Part shown: positions 24,956 to 32,000 of the stretch, one piece after another | How the letters are laid out: the number at the start of each line of letters is the position of its first letter | How positions within the stretch are numbered: the stretch's first letter is position 1 | Source: Gemmata obscuriglobus | Lineage (GTDB): Bacteria; Planctomycetota; Planctomycetia; Gemmatales; Gemmataceae | Assembly: GCF_008065095.1 (NCBI RefSeq) | Contig: NZ_CP042911.1 | Coordinates: forward strand, 3,420,001-3,452,000 | Direction: 5' to 3' | Length of the DNA: 32,000 nucleotides | Made by a program: the position numbers and the translations under genes | Notes under the pieces: model-generated | The model's database searches: none | Told to the model about the DNA's origin: nothing | The model's input: only the letters and a program-made list of their open reading frames with translations

Positions 24956-26032
24956 ATGCTGCCTCTCGTGTTGGTGCTCGCTTCTGCCGGCGCGGACGCC
25001 GCGCCGGTCATCACCTCGCCGGTGGGATCGGGTAAGAAGGGCTTCGCGGGCGACGGCGGGCCGGCCGCGAAGGCCGAACTCGATCAGCCCTTTGACGTGG
25101 CCTTCGACAAGGCCGGCAACCTGTACTTCTCGGACACGTTTAACCACCTCGTGCGCAAGGTGGACGCGAAGACCGGTACGATTACAACCGTTGCCGGCAA
25201 CGGGAGGAAGGGGTTCGGTGGTGACGGTGGAAAAGCGACCGAAGCGAGTCTGAACGAGCCTTACGGCATCGAACTCGATGCCGACGGCAACCTGTACATC
25301 GTGGACCGGCTGAATTTCTGCGTGCGCAAAGTGGACGGCAAGACGGCCGTCATTTCCACCGTCGCGGGCACAGGCGGCAAGGTCGGGTACGGGGGCGACG
25401 GTGGCCCCGCGAACAAGGCCCTGCTCGTGGAGCCGAACGGCTTGTGCCTCGACGGGAAGGGCGGACTGTACATCGCCGACGTTGCGGGGCACCGGGTGCG
25501 CGCCGTCGATCTCGCGACGGGCACGATTTCGACGCTGCTCGGCAATGGTAAAGGTGTCACCGCAGGCGACGGCGGGCCGATCAAGGACGCGACACTCAAC
25601 GGCCCCCGTGCGGTCGCGGTCGGGCCGAACGGACGGCTGTACGTTGTGGAGCGCAACGGGCACTGCGTGCGCGTCATCGATCTCGCCAAGGGCCGTATCG
25701 AACGGTTCGCCGGTACGGGCAAGAAGGGCTACACCGGCGACGGCACGAAGGCGCTGGACGCGACGTTCGACGGGCCGAAAGAAATCGACATCGATAAGGA
25801 CGGAAACGTTTTCGTCGTGGACACCGAAAACGAAGTCATCCGAAAAATCGACGCGAAGAGCGGTGTCGTCACAACCATTGCCGGGAAGGGTCGAACCAAG
25901 ACCCCGGGACTCGGTGACAACGGTCCGGCGACGGGTGCGACGCTCGGCCGACCACACGGGGTCGCAGTCGGGCCGGACGGGGCGCTGTACATTGGGGACA
26001 CAAACAGTCACCGCATTCGGAAAGTGAAATAG
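24956..26032 (+). CDS. exported six-bladed NHL-repeat beta-propeller protein
   Basis: Signal-like MLPLVLVLASAGADAAPV. Six repeats of roughly 57 aa follow the pattern G.GG.GFGGDGGPA..A.L..P.G.A.D..GNLYI.D..NH.VRKVD. It starts 30 nt after the pyc stop. Confidence 0.85.
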   Translation: MLPLVLVLASAGADAAPVITSPVGSGKKGFAGDGGPAAKAELDQPFDVAFDKAGNLYFSDTFNHLVRKVDAKTGTITTVAGNGRKGFGGDGGKATEASLNEPYGIELDADGNLYIVDRLNFCVRKVDGKTAVISTVAGTGGKVGYGGDGGPANKALLVEPNGLCLDGKGGLYIADVAGHRVRAVDLATGTISTLLGNGKGVTAGDGGPIKDATLNGPRAVAVGPNGRLYVVERNGHCVRVIDLAKGRIERFAGTGKKGYTGDGTKALDATFDGPKEIDIDKDGNVFVVDTENEVIRKIDAKSGVVTTIAGKGRTKTPGLGDNGPATGATLGRPHGVAVGPDGALYIGDTNSHRIRKVK

Positions 26033-26232
26033 TTCGGTTCGCTGCGGTGTCGTGTGCGCGGGTAAGGTTGCCCGGTCAGGTTGTACCGGTGTCGGGGGCG
26101 CCGAATGGTACATTCTGCACTCCCGACGCTTATTTTTGCCGTATTCCGTGAACCGCTGCTCGTTGGGCCGATGGATCGGGTATCCCGGGCTCGGCGGCGT
26201 TCTCGTTGCTTCACATTCAGCTGCTCGCGATT

Positions 26233-26262
26233 TTGACTTAAGTGATATCTTGAAAATATGTT
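26233..26262 (+). promoter_or_regulatory. putative sigma70-like promoter TTGACT-N18-TATGTT upstream of the TPR-CHAT gene
   Basis: TTGACT is at 26233..26238 and TATGTT at 26257..26262, in the AT-richest patch of the 540-nt intergenic region. Consensus matching by eye only. Confidence 0.3.
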
Positions 26263-26432
26263 GCGCCATTATTTCGGGGCCTGATTGGAATCGATTCCCG
26301 TCTGATTGCGGGACCGGAATCGGAGGTTTTAGGCGTGATTTGTGGGTAGCGGCGGACCCAGTAAACCGGTAGTCCGCCGGTATTGCATGTGCCCGCCCGA
26401 GGCCCACTCGAAGCCAATTCGTGGAAACTGAA

Positions 26433-26462
26433 GCGGCGCTGTAACCCCCGTTACAGCGCCGC
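26433..26462 (+). promoter_or_regulatory. perfect 13-bp stem / 4-nt loop hairpin in the leader of the TPR-CHAT gene
   Basis: GCGGCGCTGTAAC-CCCC-GTTACAGCGCCGC lies about 110 nt upstream of ATG 26574. It has no U-tract. A second hairpin, CGGCGGAC...GTCCGCCG, is at 26350..26379. Confidence 0.4.
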
Positions 26463-26573
26463 GGGGCGCCGTGGGTGGTGTTGGTTGCTGTGCACGTCAT
26501 CCTTGGGACACCCGAAAGCTCTCGCGTTCGGATTGAGCTAGAGTTGCTCGGATTCCGTCGCGTGAGGTTTACC

Positions 26574-29500
26574 ATGTTGCCCACAGTGGTTCTGCTGCTC
26601 GCAGCCCAACCGGCTCCGGCCGAGGCGTTTCGGCAGGCCGAACGGTTCGCCGCCGAGGACCGGTTCGGCGACGCCGAGCCGCTTTACCGCTCCGCACTCG
26701 ACACCGACGACCGCTTCCTCAAGCGCCAGGCGTTCAACCGGCTCATGAGCCTTTACGTCCGTTCCGGGCGTCCCGATAAAGCCCTGCGTACCGGCGATGC
26801 CTTCCGCGAGTGGCTCAAAACCGTCGGCGATCCCGACGGCTCGGGCGCCCTGGAGCTGCTCACGGCGCAGTGCCACCTCGACCTGGGCTACCCCGACACC
26901 GCTGAGACGCACGTCACCGCCGCGCTGGGCGCCAGACCGCCCCTCGCGCCGCCGCTGGTGCTCGACGCGCTTCGGCTCCGCTGCGAAACCGCCGCCCTGA
27001 AGCGGGACGGCTCCGAGACCCGGCGGTGGGCCGAACTGGAGCGCGCCGCGGCGGACACGCTAAAGGTCGCAGAACGCACCAACACCGCCGCGGTTCGTGT
27101 GGCCGCCGCTCGCGCGCTGGCGGACGCGCTCGCCAAGCGAGGGGACCGCGCGGCGGCACTGGCAGCCCTGGAAGGCCTGCCGGCACTGCACGACGCGCTG
27201 TCCGACGCGCTCGGCCGGCGGGACACGCAACTCCAGCGCGCCAAGCTCCTCGCCGCCCGGAGACAGTTCGCCAGCGCCGAACCGCTGTTCACCGAAGCAC
27301 TCACGCTGCACCGGAAGGCCCAACCCGAGCAGCGGGTCACGGCCGGCGACATCCTCGCGGAATGGGCCGCGGCGGCGCTGGCCGCCGGTAAGACGGCTGA
27401 CGCCACCACGCTCCGCGACCGCGCCGCGGCCGAGTACAAGGCCGCGCTCGGTGCCACCACCGACGCCGGAGGGGCACTGGCCGCGTTCGTGCGGCTCCAG
27501 GCGCTCACCCGCTCCGCTAACCAGTTCACACAGGCCCTCGACGCCGCACGTCAGGCGGGGGCTCGGTGGTCGGGCGACACCCTTCTTGATGCCCGTCTGA
27601 AATCGGACCAGGGGGCATTAGAACTGATGGCAGCGGCCCACCCGGCCGCGCGAAAGTCACTTACTGCGGCACTGTCGGCCCTCGAACCGGTTGAGCCGGT
27701 GAACCTGCGGGTGTTGCCCAAAGTGCTGGTGAATTTGGCCGCCGCACAACTCGGATGTGACGCGCCCGAAGACGCCGAAGTGGCCCTCAAGCGGTGCGCC
27801 GAACTGTACCGCAAGCACAAGCTCCCGCCGGACGCACTGCGGGTCGAAGCCGATTACCTTTCTGGGGTCGCGGCGTCGCGCCGGGGCGATTTCGCAGGCG
27901 CGATCGGGTTCTTCCGGGACGGGCTGGCCCGGTGCGATCTCGTCGGGGCCGACGCCGACGCCACGCGCTTTAACCTGTGGCTCAACAGCGCGCTGATCCA
28001 CAAAGAGCAGGGCGACGCCGCCGCCGCGAGCGAGGCGCTCACCCGCGCCGCCGGGGTGCTCGCCCGGTTCGGCGAACGCGACGACTTGAGCGCCGCCATC
28101 ATCGACGCCGTCCGCGCCGACCTGTACCTGTCTCAGGGGCAGGTCAAGAGCGCCGCGGCGCTGGTGCCGGCACTCGAGGCGGCCGGCGCGCAGGGCGGGC
28201 GGCAAAGTGAATACCTCTGGGCCACCGCCCGTCACATCCGCGCGCTCGACGCGCTCGGGCGTAAGGATCTCGCAGCGGCCGAGACGGTGTGGGGCGAACT
28301 GGCCGCCGCGCAACGGACGACGGGCGACGTGCTCCTGGCCCGCACCCTCAACTTTCTCGGGGTCTGCGCCGAACTGCGCGGGGCCGACGCGGACGCGCTG
28401 AAGCGGTTCGCGGAGTCGCGGGCGTTCCAGGCGGGGCGCCCGCGTTGCCCCCCCGCCACCTGTGCGATCACGCTGTGGCGCCTCGCTGTACTGACCGATA
28501 AAGCGGGGAAGCCGGCTGAGGCCAAAAAGTTCCTCGGCGAAGTGTTCGACATCGCCGACCGCGCCCGACTGAGCACCTTCGGCGAGGCCGCGCAGCGGGC
28601 GCAGTTCTTCGTGCAGTTCGCGCCGATGTTTGAACTGCTGGCGTCGTGGTGCGCCCGCGACGGCGACGGGGAAGGGCTGCTCCGCGTCGTCACCCGCAGC
28701 CGCAGCCGCACCCTCCTGGACCAAATGCTGGCCGCCGGCGTGGACCCGCGCGACCGGCTGCCCGCGGACACGCGCAAGACGCTCCTCGAGCGCGAGGCGG
28801 TGGCGCGCCGGGCGGTGTCGCGGCTCCGCTCGCGGGCGATGCTGTTCACCCCCGAGCAGGCCGACGAGCCGGAGGCGAAGAAGCTCGTCGCCGAACTCGA
28901 AACGGCCCAAAAGGAGTACGCCGACGCGTGGCGCGAGATCGCCAACGCCGACCCCATCACGCGCGTCCTCACGGACCCCGCGTTCGCCGAGCAGGCGCTC
29001 GCACAGGTCCGCAAGGAGGCGCACCGGGTGGGCGGGGCGCTGCTCACGTACATGGTGGGGCGCGACGCGAGCTTTGCGGTCCTTTGCACCGACCCCGCGG
29101 CCGCCCCGCAGGTGTTCAGGCTCGGGGTGGCCCGAGCAGTTGCTGCCGATGTCGGCGAGCCGCCGGCCGGCGAACTGGTCGCGCGGGCCGGGTTCCGCGG
29201 GGTCGCGGTGCGGGCGGTCGCCCCGCAACCCGAGCGACCGCCGCCCGCCCCCGCCGAGGCGGTCGCGCTCACGGACGCGGTCGCGGCGCGGCTCGTAAAC
29301 CATTATCTGCGACAGATCGCCGATCCGTCGTTCAACCCGACGCGGGGCATCGCGCTGGTGTCGCGGACCGCGGGGCAGGGCACCCGGGCGATCGCCGCAG
29401 AGGGCATCGGGGACGCGGTGCTGCCCCCGGCTCTGCGCGAGAAGATCCGGGCGAGCGGGGCGAAGCGGCTGGTGCTCGTCCCGGACGGCGCGCTCCACAA

Positions 29501-30311
29501 GCTGCCGTTCGAGGCGCTGCTGCTCTCAGGCGCTGCCGGGCCGCGGTACGCGCTCGATGAGCTGCCGCCGGTGTGCTACGCGCCGTCGATCGGGGCGCTG
29601 GCGGTGGTTCTGAGCCGGCCCCGCGCGACCGACGCGGCGGCCTCGCTGCTCACCGTCGGCGATCCCGCATATCCGGAAGCGGCGTCCGGGACCAAGCGAT
29701 CGGGCGGCGGGCAGCTCCCGCGGCTGCCGTTCACCGCCACCGAGAGCCGGAAGGTGCGCCAGCACTTCCCCGCCGATAAAGTGGTCGCTCTGGAGCAGGA
29801 CAGGGCCACCGAGCAGAACGTGGTCGCCGCCATGCCCGGTAAGCGGTTCGTCCACTTGGCGGCGCACGGGTTCGCGGACGAGGCGTTCGGCAACGCGTTC
29901 GCCGCGGTCGCGCTGACCCCGCCGCCGCGGGGGAGCGAGGAGCCGGGCAACGACGGGTTCCTGACGCTCCACGAAATCTCCCGACTGAAGCTGACCGGGT
30001 GCGAACTCACCGTGCTGAGCGCGTGCGTGACGAACGTCGGTCCGCAGCGCCCGCTGGAGGCCGGCGTGACGCTCGCCGGTGCGTTTCTGGGCGCCGGCTC
30101 GCGCGGGGTGATGGCGAGCTGCTGGTCGGTGGACGACCGCGCGACCGCCGAGATGATGTCCGGGTTCTTCGGGTCGATCCGTGCGGGCGGGGGGAAGGGA
30201 ACCGCGTACCCCGAAGCGCTGAAGGACGCCCGGTTGGCGGTGAAACGCACCCCCGGCTGGGAAGCGCCGTTCTTCTGGGCGCCGTTCGTGTACGTCGGGC
30301 CGCCGGACTGA
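26574..30311 (+). CDS. large TPR-repeat protein with a C-terminal CHAT (caspase-like) protease domain
   Basis: ATG 26574 has GAGG 7 nt upstream. MLPTVVLLLAAQPAPAEA|F is signal-like. About 850 aa of Ala/Leu/Arg-rich TPR-like helical repeats follow. The C-terminal domain carries the CHAT His/Cys dyad: FVHLAAHGFAD and ELTVLSACVTNVG. The track start at 26475 is an in-frame alternative. Confidence 0.85.
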   Translation: MLPTVVLLLAAQPAPAEAFRQAERFAAEDRFGDAEPLYRSALDTDDRFLKRQAFNRLMSLYVRSGRPDKALRTGDAFREWLKTVGDPDGSGALELLTAQCHLDLGYPDTAETHVTAALGARPPLAPPLVLDALRLRCETAALKRDGSETRRWAELERAAADTLKVAERTNTAAVRVAAARALADALAKRGDRAAALAALEGLPALHDALSDALGRRDTQLQRAKLLAARRQFASAEPLFTEALTLHRKAQPEQRVTAGDILAEWAAAALAAGKTADATTLRDRAAAEYKAALGATTDAGGALAAFVRLQALTRSANQFTQALDAARQAGARWSGDTLLDARLKSDQGALELMAAAHPAARKSLTAALSALEPVEPVNLRVLPKVLVNLAAAQLGCDAPEDAEVALKRCAELYRKHKLPPDALRVEADYLSGVAASRRGDFAGAIGFFRDGLARCDLVGADADATRFNLWLNSALIHKEQGDAAAASEALTRAAGVLARFGERDDLSAAIIDAVRADLYLSQGQVKSAAALVPALEAAGAQGGRQSEYLWATARHIRALDALGRKDLAAAETVWGELAAAQRTTGDVLLARTLNFLGVCAELRGADADALKRFAESRAFQAGRPRCPPATCAITLWRLAVLTDKAGKPAEAKKFLGEVFDIADRARLSTFGEAAQRAQFFVQFAPMFELLASWCARDGDGEGLLRVVTRSRSRTLLDQMLAAGVDPRDRLPADTRKTLLEREAVARRAVSRLRSRAMLFTPEQADEPEAKKLVAELETAQKEYADAWREIANADPITRVLTDPAFAEQALAQVRKEAHRVGGALLTYMVGRDASFAVLCTDPAAAPQVFRLGVARAVAADVGEPPAGELVARAGFRGVAVRAVAPQPERPPPAPAEAVALTDAVAARLVNHYLRQIADPSFNPTRGIALVSRTAGQGTRAIAAEGIGDAVLPPALREKIRASGAKRLVLVPDGALHKLPFEALLLSGAAGPRYALDELPPVCYAPSIGALAVVLSRPRATDAAASLLTVGDPAYPEAASGTKRSGGGQLPRLPFTATESRKVRQHFPADKVVALEQDRATEQNVVAAMPGKRFVHLAAHGFADEAFGNAFAAVALTPPPRGSEEPGNDGFLTLHEISRLKLTGCELTVLSACVTNVGPQRPLEAGVTLAGAFLGAGSRGVMASCWSVDDRATAEMMSGFFGSIRAGGGKGTAYPEALKDARLAVKRTPGWEAPFFWAPFVYVGPPD

Positions 30312-30340
30312 TGCCGAACCCAATTGAAGAGTAACTGCCT

Positions 30341-30411
30341 CCTGTAGCCGGCCTCTGTGAGGCCGGTGCGACATGACCGAGGTAGCACCGGCCTCACAGA
30401 GGCCGGCTACA
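30341..30411. terminator. perfect 28-bp inverted repeat (15-nt loop) with nested palindromes; likely bidirectional terminator between convergent genes
   Basis: CTGTAGCCGGCCTCTGTGAGGCCGGTGC (30341..30368) is the exact reverse complement of 30384..30411. It begins 30 nt after the CHAT stop and ends 128 nt from the P-II stop. Confidence 0.7.
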
Positions 30412-30538
30412 GAATACGGCGTGGATAAGGGCCAATCGGATTCGGTAACATGCCGGCGAATGGGTCCAAAGCGTGCGTGTCGGTTACCGGGTCCGGCCTG
30501 CCGAAGAAGCCGTCGTCGCGGTCTCTTACCGGTGAGGC

Positions 30539-30886
30539 TCAAATCGCTTCGGGGCCACGCTCACCGGTGCGGATGCGGATACAGTCCTCCAGAGGCAGGA
30601 TGAAGATCTTCCCGTCCCCGATGCGCCCCTCCGGCCCCGTGCGGGCCGCGTCCATGATCGCGTTGACCGTCGGTTCCACAAAGTCTTCGTTGACCGCGAT
30701 TTGCAACTGCACCTTGCGCAGCATGTTGACGGTCAGTTCGTGCCCGCGGTACACCTCCGTGTGCCCCTTCTGCCGCCCGAAGCCGAGCACATCCACGATG
30801 GTGAGCCGGAACACTTCAACTTTGTTCAGCGCTTCTTTCACGGCGTCGAGTTTGGACGGCTGAATGATGGCGAGGATGAGCTTCAT
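30539..30886 (-). CDS. glnB: nitrogen regulatory protein P-II
   Basis: ATG 30886 gives MKLILAIIQPSKLDAVKEALNKVEVFRLTIVDVLGFGRQKGHTEVYRGHEL. The T-loop with Tyr51 is present, and DGKIFILPLEDCIRIRTGERG follows. The sequence aligns along its whole length with E. coli GlnB/GlnK. Confidence 0.95.
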   Translation of the reverse strand: MKLILAIIQPSKLDAVKEALNKVEVFRLTIVDVLGFGRQKGHTEVYRGHELTVNMLRKVQLQIAVNEDFVEPTVNAIMDAARTGPEGRIGDGKIFILPLEDCIRIRTGERGPEAI

Positions 30887-31135
30887 GATTCGGACCCGGC
30901 GGACGGAAGTGGACGCGGCGCGGTTCGAGGACCCCGCGGTTTGTGTCCAGAATAGCAAACCGCCCGTTGAACAGCGCGGCGACAACCGTTTGGCACCGGC
31001 GACCGATGGCGAAATAGATGAGGGGCGGGCCGTCCCACCCGGGGCGCTCTATTTCCATGACAGCGAGCCCGAGAACCGATCCGTTGAGCCAACCCCGCGC
31101 AGCACAGGTACGGCTCGCTCTTTCTCCTTGCCGAA

Positions 31136-32000
31136 CTATTTTTGAACCGGCCGTTGTTCGCCCTTCACAGGTACGAGTACGTTTCTGTCAACGTACGCCA
31201 CGTAGACGCGCGACTTGGTGAGCTTCGGCGGCAGGGGCCACGGCAGTTCCACGCTTTCGGTGCAGTAGGTGCGGCACTCCCAATGCTGGACCCGGAGCTG
31301 CGCCGGACCGATGGCCGAGTCGAGACGTGCCGGGGCTACCGTGTCCAGGCGATCCAAGATCTTGTCTTTTACGATCACAATGTCGTCCCGGACGACCCCG
31401 GCCGCAGGCTTCGGGAGCGCGCGGATCACCTCTTGGTCCGTCGGCTCGTCGCCTAGGACCCGTGCCTCGGCGACAGCCAGCTTCTTCTTGAGCGCTTCCA
31501 CCTCGCGCCGCAACCGCTCGTTCTCCTTCTTGAGATCTTCGAGAGTCGCTCCCACTGGCATAGGCACTTCCGTCGTCGCCGGTGCCGCCGGCGGTCCGAC
31601 CTGTCCGATCGCTGTCCCCAGGGCGGCAGTCGTCACCAGGGCCAACAGCACCAGCTTTGCCTTGAACAATCCCATTGTGTTCCCCACTTCCTGTGAAAGG
31701 GCGACGGCCGCTGCGACCGCCGTGGTCGGAGCGCCCTCTGCGAGTTTGGCGGCCGCAGACGCGGTTGCGGCTACGAGAGCTGCGGGGACCGTTCCCAGAG
31801 ACACGGCCGGGAGCGTCACCCCGCGAGCGGTGAGTCCCGCGCGGAGCCGTTCCTTGGCCCGCGCAAGTCGGGACTGGAGCGTGCCGACCGGGCAGCCTAG
31901 TTCTCGTGCGGCATCGGGTTGTGTTCGGCCTTCAAGGTGGCACAGAACGAACGCGTCGCGGTACACCACCGGCAGCCGTTCCACATCGCGATCGAGTGCC
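31136..32000 (-). CDS. ECF-type sigma-70 family factor with a fused TM / coiled-coil C-terminal extension; 5' end beyond the window
   Basis: The frame is open to the window edge (ALDRDVERLPVVYRDAFVLCHLEGRTQPDAARELGCPVGTLQSRLARAKERL, which is sigma region 4). It continues with an Ala-rich linker, the TM helix LFKAKLVLLALVTTAALGTAIG, the coiled coil LEDLKKENERLRREVEALKKKLAVAEARV and a roughly 100-aa tail. Confidence 0.8.
   Translation of the reverse strand, partial: ALDRDVERLPVVYRDAFVLCHLEGRTQPDAARELGCPVGTLQSRLARAKERLRAGLTARGVTLPAVSLGTVPAALVAATASAAAKLAEGAPTTAVAAAVALSQEVGNTMGLFKAKLVLLALVTTAALGTAIGQVGPPAAPATTEVPMPVGATLEDLKKENERLRREVEALKKKLAVAEARVLGDEPTDQEVIRALPKPAAGVVRDDIVIVKDKILDRLDTVAPARLDSAIGPAQLRVQHWECRTYCTESVELPWPLPPKLTKSRVYVAYVDRNVLVPVKGEQRPVQK

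Noticed and set aside
26350-26379. A possible tRNA or small structured RNA gene in the CHAT upstream region.
   Set aside because: Only simple hairpins are present. There is no T-loop (GTTCRANYC), no acceptor or anticodon arm geometry and no conserved riboswitch core that I recognise. I saw no tRNA, rRNA or CRISPR repeat pattern anywhere in the window.
21125-26584. A 1819-aa ORF on the minus strand spanning pyc, the NHL gene and two intergenic regions.
   Set aside because: It is antisense to pyruvate carboxylase, which is unambiguous on the plus strand (ATP-grasp, DTTMRDAHQS and AMKM motifs). Its translation is Arg/His/Val/Gly/Asp-rich low-information sequence. It lies in the antisense frame that shares wobble positions, where stop codons are rare in GC-rich DNA. 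This makes it a classic shadow ORF.
30887-31135. A sigma-54 (TGGCAC-N5-TTGC) promoter or NtcA-type site upstream of glnB, and the GAAATAGA/TCTATTTC inverted repeat (31011..31055).
   Set aside because: There is no match to the -24/-12 consensus on the correct strand. The 8-bp AT-rich stem with a 29-nt loop is weak and may simply be the sigma-gene terminator.

Overview
GC-rich bacterial chromosomal segment. It most likely comes from a Planctomycetota (Gemmata-like) genome. The inference rests on a TIGR02996 'repeat-companion' N-domain, a prepilin/DUF1559-type GFTLLELLV motif, Tat-signal Gfo/Idh/MocA oxidoreductases and an ECF sigma factor with a long membrane-spanning C-terminal extension. I can support about 23 protein-coding genes. 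Two are cut by the window edges and are absent from the ORF track: treY at the left edge and an ECF sigma gene at the right edge. Most genes are housekeeping or envelope functions:
- trehalose synthesis: treY
- a C26 amidotransferase and a class A beta-lactamase-like serine hydrolase
- a GT87/DUF2029 membrane glycosyltransferase and two GT4 glycosyltransferases
- two Gfo/Idh/MocA oxidoreductases
- a Uma2 nuclease, a DUF1111 di-haem protein and mug
- a TolB-like PD40 propeller, an NHL propeller and a BNR sialidase-like protein
- an APC-like permease and a DUF4112 protein
- pyruvate carboxylase, a large TPR-CHAT protease and P-II

I saw no rRNA, tRNA, CRISPR array, transposase or integrase. Many long ORFs in the track are antisense or off-frame shadows typical of GC-rich DNA, including a 1819-aa ORF opposite pyc.

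I found no recognisable multi-gene 'system'. The strongest oddities are:
1. An AT-richer locus at about 19.0-21.2 kb. A near-consensus prepilin cleavage/methylation motif sits near the C-terminus of an exported 430-aa ORF. A 98-codon coding-like segment then runs without a stop into the Tat leader of the next gene.
2. A TIGR02996 protein fused to a ribosomal L7/L12 C-terminal-like domain, in an AT-richer gene.
3. An apparently exported 1245-aa TPR-CHAT protease behind a long structured leader.
4. Two exceptionally long perfect palindromes, with 34-bp and 28-bp stems, in intergenic DNA.

All functional calls come from motif recognition by eye. No database search was run.
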